Both the position numbers and the translations under genes were made by a program. From positions 1 through 64,000 of IMG/VR virus record IMGVR_UViG_3300037067_025869: DNA of 64,000 nt; one strand, given 5' to 3'. Source of the DNA: a virus (Duplodnaviria; Caudoviricetes). Positions 49,819 to 58,328 of the stretch are shown piece after piece (the stretch's first letter is position 1; each line of letters opens with the position of its first letter). The notes under the pieces are model-generated. The model did not search any database and had not been told where the DNA came from. It was given only the letters and a program-made list of their open reading frames with translations.

Positions 49819-50042
49819 AAAGCAAAGTTTATAAGCACATTACCATCTCTGAAGCAGATGAGACTCATAACGATAAACTTGTTTATATAGTAGTTAATAC
49901 TAAAAAGGGTGATCCGCTTGAATATATCTATTATGAGCCTAGCTGGAAACAATATGTTCTTACTACTATAAATGATATAATTTTTAGCGTATCCTGTTTA
50001 GAAAATATTATTGATTTTATCAAAAATGAAATTAAAAAGTAA
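49815..50042 (+). CDS. Hypothetical protein
   Basis: ATGA-coupled ORF. Confidence 0.7.
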   Translation: MKSKVYKHITISEADETHNDKLVYIVVNTKKGDPLEYIYYEPSWKQYVLTTINDIIFSVSCLENIIDFIKNEIKK

Positions 50043-50197
50043 TGGAATCAACAGTTAAAAAATCAGAAAAGGAAAGATGCATTCATTGTGGAGCAAAAAC
50101 CCCTTATTTTATAGATACCCCTGTTAATCTTAGAAATTACTATATTGATGGAGCAGGTCAATTATGCAAAAAATGTTTTGAAAAAATATATAATTAA
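50042..50197 (+). CDS. Small CxxC...CxxC zinc-finger protein (51 aa)
   Basis: ERCIHCGAKTPY...NYYIDGAGQLCKKC; TAATG-coupled; not in the ORF track. Confidence 0.75.
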   Translation: MESTVKKSEKERCIHCGAKTPYFIDTPVNLRNYYIDGAGQLCKKCFEKIYN

Positions 50198-51464
50198 AAA
50201 AATGAATTTTAAAAATTTTAAAATAACTAATAAAGGGTTATATTGGGGGTTGATTGCAACATTTGCAATTTTATATTTATGCGTTGGATTTGTAAGTACT
50301 TTACATAGCATAACTTTTTTTCATCTTGCTAATAGTTTAGGTCTTGCTATATTGCTTGGATTAACCTATGAATTAGGCCAAGCTAGTGTGCTATTCGGAC
50401 TTCTAATGACAAAAAACTCGAATAAATTTTTGCCATGGGCGTTAATGATTTTATTGACTGCTCTTCAAGTCACGGCAAACGTATATGCTTCATTTAAATT
50501 TATGGCCAATTCAGGAAGTAATGATTGGCAGTATTGGCAAAAATCTATATTGATTGGTGTTCAAGCAGCAAATCCCGAAATGTATCAAGTTATTATCTCT
50601 TGGATTGCCGGTGCTTTACTTCCTGTAGTTGCATTAGGTATGACAGCTTTAGTTGCTCAAAATATGAGATTTATTGCTGAAGAAGGGGAGGAAGAGGAAA
50701 AACCTAAAGATGTTGTAAAAGAATTTCTAAATCATGAATTTAAAAAATCTGAGGAAATTAAAGATGAAGAATCCAAACCTGTTGAAATGCCTTCAGTAGA
50801 AGAACAATTAGATAAATTTAAAAATAAACTTCTTTCGAATGCTAGTCCCCAAACTGAATTAGAAGAAAATTCAATTATAGGGGAAGGCGGTGTCGAAGTT
50901 ATTAAACCGGAATTTCAAACTTCCTTACAAGGTAAAAAATTCGTTGATGGCAAAGGAGTAGAATGGGAAGCTGGGGAACACCCCAAAGTAGATTTTCCCC
51001 CATTTAAATTTGTCCCCGAAAATATAGAAATGACAGCTGAAAATCCGGATGCAATTGTTGGAGATGAGATAAAAAGAAGAATTAAAGAATCTGCGGATAA
51101 GAAAAATCTCGAGGATCTGAAAAAGGATGTACAAGATGCTAAAGATTATCTGGATGAAGAAATAGAAAGACCTGTTCCCGAAATAAATCTTCCTAGAGAG
51201 ACAAAGCATGTTGAAGCAGAAGTAGCTCAAATTCCAACCTCTATTATAACTGAAATAGGAGAACCTGAAGTTGTTATCTCTAAGAAAACTCTAAAAGAAG
51301 CAGAAGATGCTACAAGAAGAGAACTTGGAGAAAAAATTCCATTTATTAAAACTAGGGGATGGCATTTGAAAAAGACTTATATCGATTCAAATGGTGATAT
51401 TTATCATTATGGCAAATTCTGCCCTCCAGAAAAGGAACAATCCAAGAAATCAAAAAAAGTTTAG
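50145..51464 (+). CDS. Multi-TM membrane protein with long acidic tail (short isoform)
   Basis: About four hydrophobic helices in the N-terminal third; likely start 50202. Confidence 0.8.
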   Translation: MMEQVNYAKNVLKKYIIKKMNFKNFKITNKGLYWGLIATFAILYLCVGFVSTLHSITFFHLANSLGLAILLGLTYELGQASVLFGLLMTKNSNKFLPWALMILLTALQVTANVYASFKFMANSGSNDWQYWQKSILIGVQAANPEMYQVIISWIAGALLPVVALGMTALVAQNMRFIAEEGEEEEKPKDVVKEFLNHEFKKSEEIKDEESKPVEMPSVEEQLDKFKNKLLSNASPQTELEENSIIGEGGVEVIKPEFQTSLQGKKFVDGKGVEWEAGEHPKVDFPPFKFVPENIEMTAENPDAIVGDEIKRRIKESADKKNLEDLKKDVQDAKDYLDEEIERPVPEINLPRETKHVEAEVAQIPTSIITEIGEPEVVISKKTLKEAEDATRRELGEKIPFIKTRGWHLKKTYIDSNGDIYHYGKFCPPEKEQSKKSKKV

Positions 51465-51507
51465 GAGCGAGCACTGGAAACAGGGGTAAAAATGAGCCCG
51501 CTCCTAA
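51452..51507 (+). promoter_or_regulatory. Candidate -1 ribosomal frameshift signal
   Basis: A AAA AAA (51452-51458) two codons before TAG; TTAGGAGCG/CGCTCCTAA 9-bp stem. Confidence 0.65.
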
Positions 51508-51757
51508 TAATCAAGAGATAAACCCTATTGAAGAACTTAACAAGCCTTCTCCGGGAAAAGAACTTATCGAAAGAATTAAAAAAGAAGATTCTGAAAGAAA
51601 AGCTAAGAAAGAAACCAAAATTGAAGAATATGTCCCATCTACAATTATTGATGGGGTTGAAATTATTGATGCAAAAGCAGTTCCTAAAGAAAAAAGAAAA
51701 ACCGATAAATTCGGAATCCCCGCATCTGAAACCAGATTAAATTGGGATAGGATCTAA
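51458..51757 (+). CDS. -1-frame C-terminal extension of the membrane protein (99 aa)
   Basis: SLGASTGNRGKNEPAP...TRLNWDRI; no ATG, GTG or TTG codon; composition matches the upstream tail. Confidence 0.7.
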   Translation, partial: SLGASTGNRGKNEPAPNNQEINPIEELNKPSPGKELIERIKKEDSERKAKKETKIEEYVPSTIIDGVEIIDAKAVPKEKRKTDKFGIPASETRLNWDRI

Positions 51758-51816
51758 CTATATTGAAATGCTTAAGACTCCTTGCTAGAACTTATAGGGA
51801 TACGCCTGTTAAGCTT

Positions 51817-51860
51817 AAATCCCCTAGACATATTAACCTATGTCTAGGGGATTTTCTTTT
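51817..51860 (+). terminator. Intrinsic terminator
   Basis: 16-bp perfect stem AAATCCCCTAGACATA/TATGTCTAGGGGATTT followed by TCTTTT. Confidence 0.85.
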
Positions 51861-51946
51861 TAAAAATGAATCTAATAAGTTTCTTCAAAAATTTATTCCC
51901 TCCGATTTAATCTTGAATAAATAGATAAAATAATAAGCTAATTATA

Positions 51947-53494
51947 ATGGCTACAACTGACGTATTCAATAACAGCAACAATAACTATGTAAATCCCGGT
52001 TTTTCCCCATGCGTAGGAACTGGGGATGATTCTTTTTTGGAATTTCTTCCAAATAAATCTATTGCAGTCATAAATGGAAGTAATACTCTTGCAGGGATTT
52101 CTTTTTCAGATATACAAATTCCGGTTTCAGCTTATAGTTCTCAGAAAAAAATTCTCGAACCAGGCGAAGTATCTTTTATCCCCGGATTATCAAAGGGATT
52201 AAATTATAGATCACAATATTTTACATTACCTGAATTTGATGAGGATCCTGGGGGTCTTCAGCCATATTATATGACTATTGATCTTTCCATTGCATTTTAT
52301 AAAAATTTCGGGTATAAAACTTATAATTTGTATGCTACAGCAGATGCTTCAAATAACGTCAATATAAATGAAGCTCTTGATATAGCTCTTTCAAATATTC
52401 AAGCAAAAATAACATCTGTTTATGATCCAAGCGATATGGGATTTATCGGAACTCAGTTAGGATGGGATTTTAATATATCCAATGTCAAATTAACCCTTAT
52501 TGATGCTTCGGAGAATTCGGACTCCCCATTTCCTTCTATTATCATAGACGGGGTAAATGTCCCTCAATCTTTTTCTTTAGAAGAGGATTTAGAAAAAATG
52601 ATTCTTTATGCTAAATATCCTAATTCAGCAATGCAGGGAATTATACTTAAAGCAACCTATCCAGAAACAGAATCAGATTATAATAAATGGTTTGAAATTA
52701 ATCACGTTCCGGATATAGTAGCAATTTATGAACCAATTGAAATAAATAATTTCATTAGTTCATTGGACCTTGCAATTAATTTTGATCCTTCTATTTATTT
52801 TGGACCTTTTATTACGGACTTTTCTGGCGCAACTTATGGGTTGGATGCAAGTAATGGTTCTGGATCATATATTGCTGGAGTTGTAGATTCATCTTTTGCA
52901 ACTTATAATCTTTCAAATTCATTAGTTTACAGCTCTAATTTAACGTTAAGCTCTACCCTGATGAACGGAATACTGGAAAAATCCTGGACAAATAAGGATT
53001 ATCCTTTGCTTCCATATGGGGATCCTTCTGCTAGAGTAGAAATTAATTTATCAACAATAAATGAATGTTCAATTTATAACACTTTTATTAGAGATACTTC
53101 GATATATAAATCTCTTTTAACCGATGTTTCTTTATCAAACTGTACACTTTATAATTGCTTTTATGATTCTAGCTTAATTGGATTAGAAAATTGTACGATT
53201 ATAAGAATAAATGAAAATATAGAACCATCAGCTGCCTATGATTCTTCAACTTATTATCGCCCAATTATTAAAACCATTGAGGTAGGTATGAGCGGCTGTT
53301 CAAATTCATCCCAAATGAGCGCGGGGGATTATCTTGAATGGATAACTACTAATGATGCTTGGGAAAAAGTCGGAGATATGTATATTCGAACATCTGCTCC
53401 GGATGCTGAAGATACAAGAAATTTAATCGACGGCTTCTATGCTTTTAATCCTCAGGTATTTTCAATTCAGCTTGAATATTTAATATTTGTATGA
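51947..53494 (+). CDS. Putative virion structural protein rich in D-x-S motifs
   Basis: Late-type motif upstream; Ser/Asn/Ile-rich, beta-structure-like sequence. Confidence 0.65.
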   Translation: MATTDVFNNSNNNYVNPGFSPCVGTGDDSFLEFLPNKSIAVINGSNTLAGISFSDIQIPVSAYSSQKKILEPGEVSFIPGLSKGLNYRSQYFTLPEFDEDPGGLQPYYMTIDLSIAFYKNFGYKTYNLYATADASNNVNINEALDIALSNIQAKITSVYDPSDMGFIGTQLGWDFNISNVKLTLIDASENSDSPFPSIIIDGVNVPQSFSLEEDLEKMILYAKYPNSAMQGIILKATYPETESDYNKWFEINHVPDIVAIYEPIEINNFISSLDLAINFDPSIYFGPFITDFSGATYGLDASNGSGSYIAGVVDSSFATYNLSNSLVYSSNLTLSSTLMNGILEKSWTNKDYPLLPYGDPSARVEINLSTINECSIYNTFIRDTSIYKSLLTDVSLSNCTLYNCFYDSSLIGLENCTIIRINENIEPSAAYDSSTYYRPIIKTIEVGMSGCSNSSQMSAGDYLEWITTNDAWEKVGDMYIRTSAPDAEDTRNLIDGFYAFNPQVFSIQLEYLIFV

Positions 53495-53522
53495 GAACCA
53501 TATAATTAATGATAAATAAAAT

Positions 53523-54023
53523 ATGAAAGCAAAGACTATACAAGAAGCACTTAATGAATTTGGGGGAGCAGGTTATGCAGTATACGGCGGCGCTGCTAAT
53601 TATGGCAATCCCGGACGAGGAATTGGTTTTGGCCAAAGCTCCCAGAATAAAGGAGGTCCAAATTTAATGTACACCTATGATGTTAAGGATTTAAATCAAG
53701 CATTGCAACCCCCTCCAACTACTCAAGGAGAAGAAAAATACATACATATTGGTTCTCATGTTAAAGCTAAATCATTGGAATCAGAAAAATGGGTAGAAGG
53801 AAATATACTTTCTACTAAATTTGATGCGGATGGAAATATCCTTCATTATGAGGTTTTAAATCCTGCATCAGGACAATCTGAAAAAGTAGATCCTACCTCA
53901 ATTGAACTTATTGAAAATGATCTGCTTCCCGGGTTAGCAACTTTAGATAGAGATATCGTGGGAGAATCTCTTTTTGTCTCCGAATCCATAGAGCAATTAT
54001 ATGAAAATAAAAAAAGAGGCTAA
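53523..54023 (+). CDS. Putative internal protein
   Basis: MKAKTIQEALNEFGG leader; SH3-like middle. Confidence 0.7.
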   Translation: MKAKTIQEALNEFGGAGYAVYGGAANYGNPGRGIGFGQSSQNKGGPNLMYTYDVKDLNQALQPPPTTQGEEKYIHIGSHVKAKSLESEKWVEGNILSTKFDADGNILHYEVLNPASGQSEKVDPTSIELIENDLLPGLATLDRDIVGESLFVSESIEQLYENKKRG

Positions 54024-54038
54024 ATAACCTCTTTTTTT
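54009..54038. terminator. Bidirectional terminator between convergent genes
   Basis: AAAAAAAGAGG/CCTCTTTTTTT. Confidence 0.75.
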
Positions 54039-54889
54039 ACATTCTCTGGTTGTTTCAATCTCCATTGCTCCATTTCTTCTTCTACCCATGGAATTTTTAT
54101 GGATGTTATTCTTTTTTCTAACTTTTTAACTATCACTGAATTCTCTGGAACATTAAATAGCATAATTGCTGGGTCACCTTCGTGCCAATTTTCAAACTGT
54201 TTAACAGCTTTGTTAATTAGATTTTGATCAAAATGATCTTTAGCTGACCAGTTATCTAATTTCTTACGAATGTTTTTTCTAACCCACGCAAGATGTTGCA
54301 TTCTGATTTCATCATCTTCAAAAACATAAGTTCCTATATTTAATGGGTTTAAAATTCTTCTTGTCGGATCTGTTGGGCCGGGAGCAGGACCGTTAAATGT
54401 GTATGTAAAGAATGTTGAATGGATACCAGGAACAAAAGGTCTAAATGGATATACCAAATAATGTTCTAGGTCTCTAAAATAATTTACATAACTCCAGTAT
54501 GTGATTGGACAACCTTTTTTATTTATTATATCTTTGGCATTTCTGAATTGATCAGCATCATAAAATTCATCTGCATCGATATTTAAAATATGAGAGCATC
54601 CTCGTTGTTTTGCTAGCTCGATACCCATATTTCTTTTATCCGTTTCCTGCTCTCTTGAATATTTGAGATAATTTGGTTTAAATTCTATTAACTCATCAAT
54701 AAGCCCGATTTTTTTTAATCTATTCAACTCTTCCATATCAGCTGGATCCATTGGATTTTTCCAATAAGATTTTTTCTGATAAAATCCTGCAACCCAATCC
54801 ACTTGATCCCTTATCTGAGAAATTAAGTCAAATAAAAGTTCACTCGAGTCAAAGCAGTTTACAGTAACACCTAATCGCTTTATCTTCAT
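54020..54889 (-). CDS. GT-A fold glycosyltransferase (GT2-like)
   Basis: ETDKRNMG, SHILNIDADEFY (DxD), MQHLAWVR. Confidence 0.8.
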   Translation of the reverse strand: MKIKRLGVTVNCFDSSELLFDLISQIRDQVDWVAGFYQKKSYWKNPMDPADMEELNRLKKIGLIDELIEFKPNYLKYSREQETDKRNMGIELAKQRGCSHILNIDADEFYDADQFRNAKDIINKKGCPITYWSYVNYFRDLEHYLVYPFRPFVPGIHSTFFTYTFNGPAPGPTDPTRRILNPLNIGTYVFEDDEIRMQHLAWVRKNIRKKLDNWSAKDHFDQNLINKAVKQFENWHEGDPAIMLFNVPENSVIVKKLEKRITSIKIPWVEEEMEQWRLKQPENVKKEVI

Positions 54890-54937
54890 ATACTTATATC
54901 CTTATTTATATCTTTTTATTTCTCTAAATATATTGTG

Positions 54938-55174
54938 CTATTTATCAATCTCCTCTTTATTAAATAAACTTATCCATTCCCTTTCAAAACGAATCCATCT
55001 TTTTTCCCTTTCCTTTCTCTCTTTTTTATTTTGAATAATAATTTTAATAATATAAATAAAAAATAAAATTAAAGCTATGTATGTTAAAGCTGTAATCGCA
55101 TTTGAATAAAAAGCATCCTGTATATTTAATATTCCTTTTACAAGATCATCTCTAAATTGCGAAAATGGATTCAT
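54938..55174 (-). CDS. Small membrane protein
   Basis: One TM segment followed by a basic tail. Confidence 0.65.
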   Translation of the reverse strand: MNPFSQFRDDLVKGILNIQDAFYSNAITALTYIALILFFIYIIKIIIQNKKERKEREKRWIRFEREWISLFNKEEIDK

Positions 55175-55189
55175 TTCATATTTAATATT

Positions 55190-55891
55190 TTAATATGACA
55201 AATCATCGAAAATGATTGGGATCTTTGATTTAAAATCCGCTAATAAAGGAATCGTTATTTCTCTCATCTGCGGGTGAGCAGGTGCATCGCATCTCATGCG
55301 AAAGAAATGTCTCCATTCGCGAAGATTATATTTACAATTGATCTCTGTTTTAACAGAATTAGGCAGCACACTACGAGCTAATTGAGCCGGACAATATGCG
55401 TTAGTAAGATTATGATAATGCCTTTCGGAATCTTCCATTGCTTTATACCATTCATCATACCAATATAGAATGTCTTCTTCAGCTATTTCTTTTGTATTTC
55501 CAGAAATAGGATGACTAAATTCCTTCCCAATTTGTAATTTAAATATATTATTAATATCAATGAATGTAATTCCATGATCATATTTGTCCTTAGAATAATT
55601 ACAATATCGAGTACTTTCTTGAGCATAAGATGCAAGTCGATGACGTACAATTTCATGGGAAATTCCTCTGTCGCAAGTAAATTTAACAATGATATCGTAA
55701 AATTCAATCATTGCTTCATGTTTTCTCTTAATAAGATTATTAATCATTTTTTCGGCAGAATCCTCTGCTATTTTATCTTCTGATTTATAGCAGGTTCTTG
55801 CGACTCTTTCGATAGTTCGCATTAGACATTTTACTTCTTCCGGATCGTCAATTGGTGTGATGATCTCATAGGAGGGTTTAATTAAATTCAT
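55190..55891 (-). CDS. thyX: FAD-dependent thymidylate synthase
   Basis: ARTCYKS, HEAMIE, SHEIVRHRLASYAQESTRY, ARSVLP, NLREWRHF. Confidence 0.95.
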   Translation of the reverse strand: MNLIKPSYEIITPIDDPEEVKCLMRTIERVARTCYKSEDKIAEDSAEKMINNLIKRKHEAMIEFYDIIVKFTCDRGISHEIVRHRLASYAQESTRYCNYSKDKYDHGITFIDINNIFKLQIGKEFSHPISGNTKEIAEEDILYWYDEWYKAMEDSERHYHNLTNAYCPAQLARSVLPNSVKTEINCKYNLREWRHFFRMRCDAPAHPQMREITIPLLADFKSKIPIIFDDLSY

Positions 55892-55943
55892 AAAAATAAT
55901 ATATAATTTTTTATTATACAGTTTTTATCCTTTATAGTTTTAA

Positions 55944-58304
55944 TTAATCAAAACTTAAAACTCCTTTTCCTGGGGATGACGGGCTAAATTCAAATTTAAC
56001 TTGGCCTTTTTTCATAGCATCTAATAATTGGGAACCAACAGCAACTCCTATTTGAGCAGAGATTACATCCCAATTTGTTGTTGGAATAGAGGATTCATTG
56101 ACAACTTTGGAGGTTGTTTGAATTTTTTCAGCAGTAGTTCCTCTCGTAGTTCCATCGGAAATTCCGCTAGTTACCCCAGCACTCACAGAAATAGCAGCAA
56201 GTTTTGAAAGTTTTGCCGTATCAAATCCATCGAGACTTACAGAAAGATCATTGAGAGATTTAGCTAAATTTGAAATGGTATCATTAGTTTTTTCTAAAGC
56301 TGATAATGATTCTGAAAATTTAGAAAGTTCTTCTATAACCCCGCTATATTTTTGGATGGCTTTTTTAGCATCTTTTGCACTAGATTTTTCTAATTTTGTT
56401 GCGAGAGTATCCGAAAAAGTTGTAAGAGCGGAAACAATATTTTGAGCAATAATGCCCATCGAAAGTATTTTGGGTTTTCCGTTTTCCATTACAGGTTTAC
56501 CCTCTGCATCCAGAATCGGAATTTCATTATTAGGGCCAAATTCAGCAAACATTTTTAAAGTATCGGCGAATTGCATAACTGCTCCAAGAATACCATTTCT
56601 TCCAACAAGAGCTTTAGACATTCTTTTCATTCTTCTTTTTTGCTTACCCGAAATTCCCTTCCCCTCAGGCTCACCATCCCCAAACTCGCTTTCTGATTTC
56701 GAAAATAGTTGTTCTGTAAAATATAAGAAACTACTAATCATATTTTTAACAACAGTCTTGGCTGCAACCTTTTTCCTTATCTCGTTTCCTTTATCGTCAT
56801 AATCAATATATCCTATTTCATTTTTTTCCCCAAATTCGGCATATATTTTCATCGCATCTGCAAATTGAATAACTGCCGAAAGAATACCTCTTCTTCCGGT
56901 AAGCGCTCTACCCATTTTTCGAATGGCAATAGCTTTTTGCTTTGTAAGTCCTTCTGTAGATTCAAGAAGAGCAGTTAAAAAAGTACTAATTGAATAAGAT
57001 ATGTTATCGGCAACTTTTGATAAATTAACTTTTTCGCCGAATATTGGCTTTCCGTTCTTATCATATCCTTCAATAATTCTCATACTATTTAGTTCGGCAA
57101 AAGCAGATACCGCTCTTGCAAACATCGAAAGTGCAACAGACATTGCCATTAATACCACTATTCCAGCAAATATCTTAGCACTATTTTTTATAAATTCCCC
57201 AATACCTGCGAATCCTTTCTTCCCCCCGGAAAGAACTGAAATACCGTCAATCATGCCGCCAAGAACCCCTCCGATTAAATGCCCGAGCGTTTCCCTAATA
57301 TCTACATCTTTTAATTCATTCGAAATGCCAACAATTTTTTTAATCATTACTGCAAGTAAAAAGAAAGTTCCTCCAAGCATTAAAATAGTCAAAGCACCAA
57401 GAGCTACTTCAACAATCATAGTTCCTAATAAAGCAAATATAAGAGCAGATCCAACGATAACTCCTCCGATAACTAGCATAGATTTTAATAATCCCCCGCC
57501 GGTTTCCTTCCCCAATATTTTAGGAATTAAACTAACTGCTAAAGCAAAAGAAACTAATCCAAGTGCCAATGCAGCCATCCCGATACCCATTTCAACAAGG
57601 GTGGAGCTTCCTTTTTTAATGAACTTATTAGCTAAAGCAAGAGCTCCAAATACTACTAATAATCCTAATATAGCAACCCCAAGGAAAATAAAAACATCTT
57701 TTGGGCTAGCTAATTTCATGATCATTGCAGTTAATAGTAATGACCCGGCAAAGGCAAGTATTCCTATACCTAAATATGCAAAGCTAAGAGAAATATCTTT
57801 AATTGGTTTAGCTATTTTTTGAAGAGATTTAGCTATCTTATCAAATGTTTTAACAGCTTTATCTACTTTTCTAGTACTTGAAGCATCCCCTTTTTCCTCC
57901 ATAAAATTATAAAGAGATTCTAAAGTAGTAAGAGCCATATGAACTTGTCTCTGCTTGATCCTACCTAAAGCATCTAACCCTGTAGCTAATCCAGGCAGAC
58001 CTTGACCTAAAAGATTTAACGATTCTGCTAGATTTTTTAAACCTTTTGCCCCCTTCTGACTTTTGGCGCCAATAGCTACAAATTGCTCAATAAAAGTAAA
58101 AAAATCTTTTATTGTTTTGGGCTTAACCCTGCCAAATGATAATAGAGAAGGTCCTAAATTAGATAGTACTGAAATTTTATTTTTTATTTGCGATCCTACT
58201 TCTTGAGGAGCAGGACCACCTGACCCTTTAGCAGATCGGGTATTCTCCTCAATTTTTCCGAGGGTTTTTAAAATACCATATAAAAGTTCATTAGCTTGAA
58301 GCAT
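55944..58304 (-). CDS. Tape-measure-like protein
   Basis: 786 aa, Ala/Leu/Gly-rich helical with a central hydrophobic block and internal repeats; downstream of tube and gp26-like genes. Confidence 0.65.
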   Translation of the reverse strand: MLQANELLYGILKTLGKIEENTRSAKGSGGPAPQEVGSQIKNKISVLSNLGPSLLSFGRVKPKTIKDFFTFIEQFVAIGAKSQKGAKGLKNLAESLNLLGQGLPGLATGLDALGRIKQRQVHMALTTLESLYNFMEEKGDASSTRKVDKAVKTFDKIAKSLQKIAKPIKDISLSFAYLGIGILAFAGSLLLTAMIMKLASPKDVFIFLGVAILGLLVVFGALALANKFIKKGSSTLVEMGIGMAALALGLVSFALAVSLIPKILGKETGGGLLKSMLVIGGVIVGSALIFALLGTMIVEVALGALTILMLGGTFFLLAVMIKKIVGISNELKDVDIRETLGHLIGGVLGGMIDGISVLSGGKKGFAGIGEFIKNSAKIFAGIVVLMAMSVALSMFARAVSAFAELNSMRIIEGYDKNGKPIFGEKVNLSKVADNISYSISTFLTALLESTEGLTKQKAIAIRKMGRALTGRRGILSAVIQFADAMKIYAEFGEKNEIGYIDYDDKGNEIRKKVAAKTVVKNMISSFLYFTEQLFSKSESEFGDGEPEGKGISGKQKRRMKRMSKALVGRNGILGAVMQFADTLKMFAEFGPNNEIPILDAEGKPVMENGKPKILSMGIIAQNIVSALTTFSDTLATKLEKSSAKDAKKAIQKYSGVIEELSKFSESLSALEKTNDTISNLAKSLNDLSVSLDGFDTAKLSKLAAISVSAGVTSGISDGTTRGTTAEKIQTTSKVVNESSIPTTNWDVISAQIGVAVGSQLLDAMKKGQVKFEFSPSSPGKGVLSFD

Positions 58305-58328
58305 CTGTAAGGGTTTTATTTATATATC

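Noticed and set aside
51770-51814. GCTTAA/TTAAGC-closed structure before the strong terminator
   Set aside because: Weak internal pairing and no recognisable riboswitch or sRNA signature
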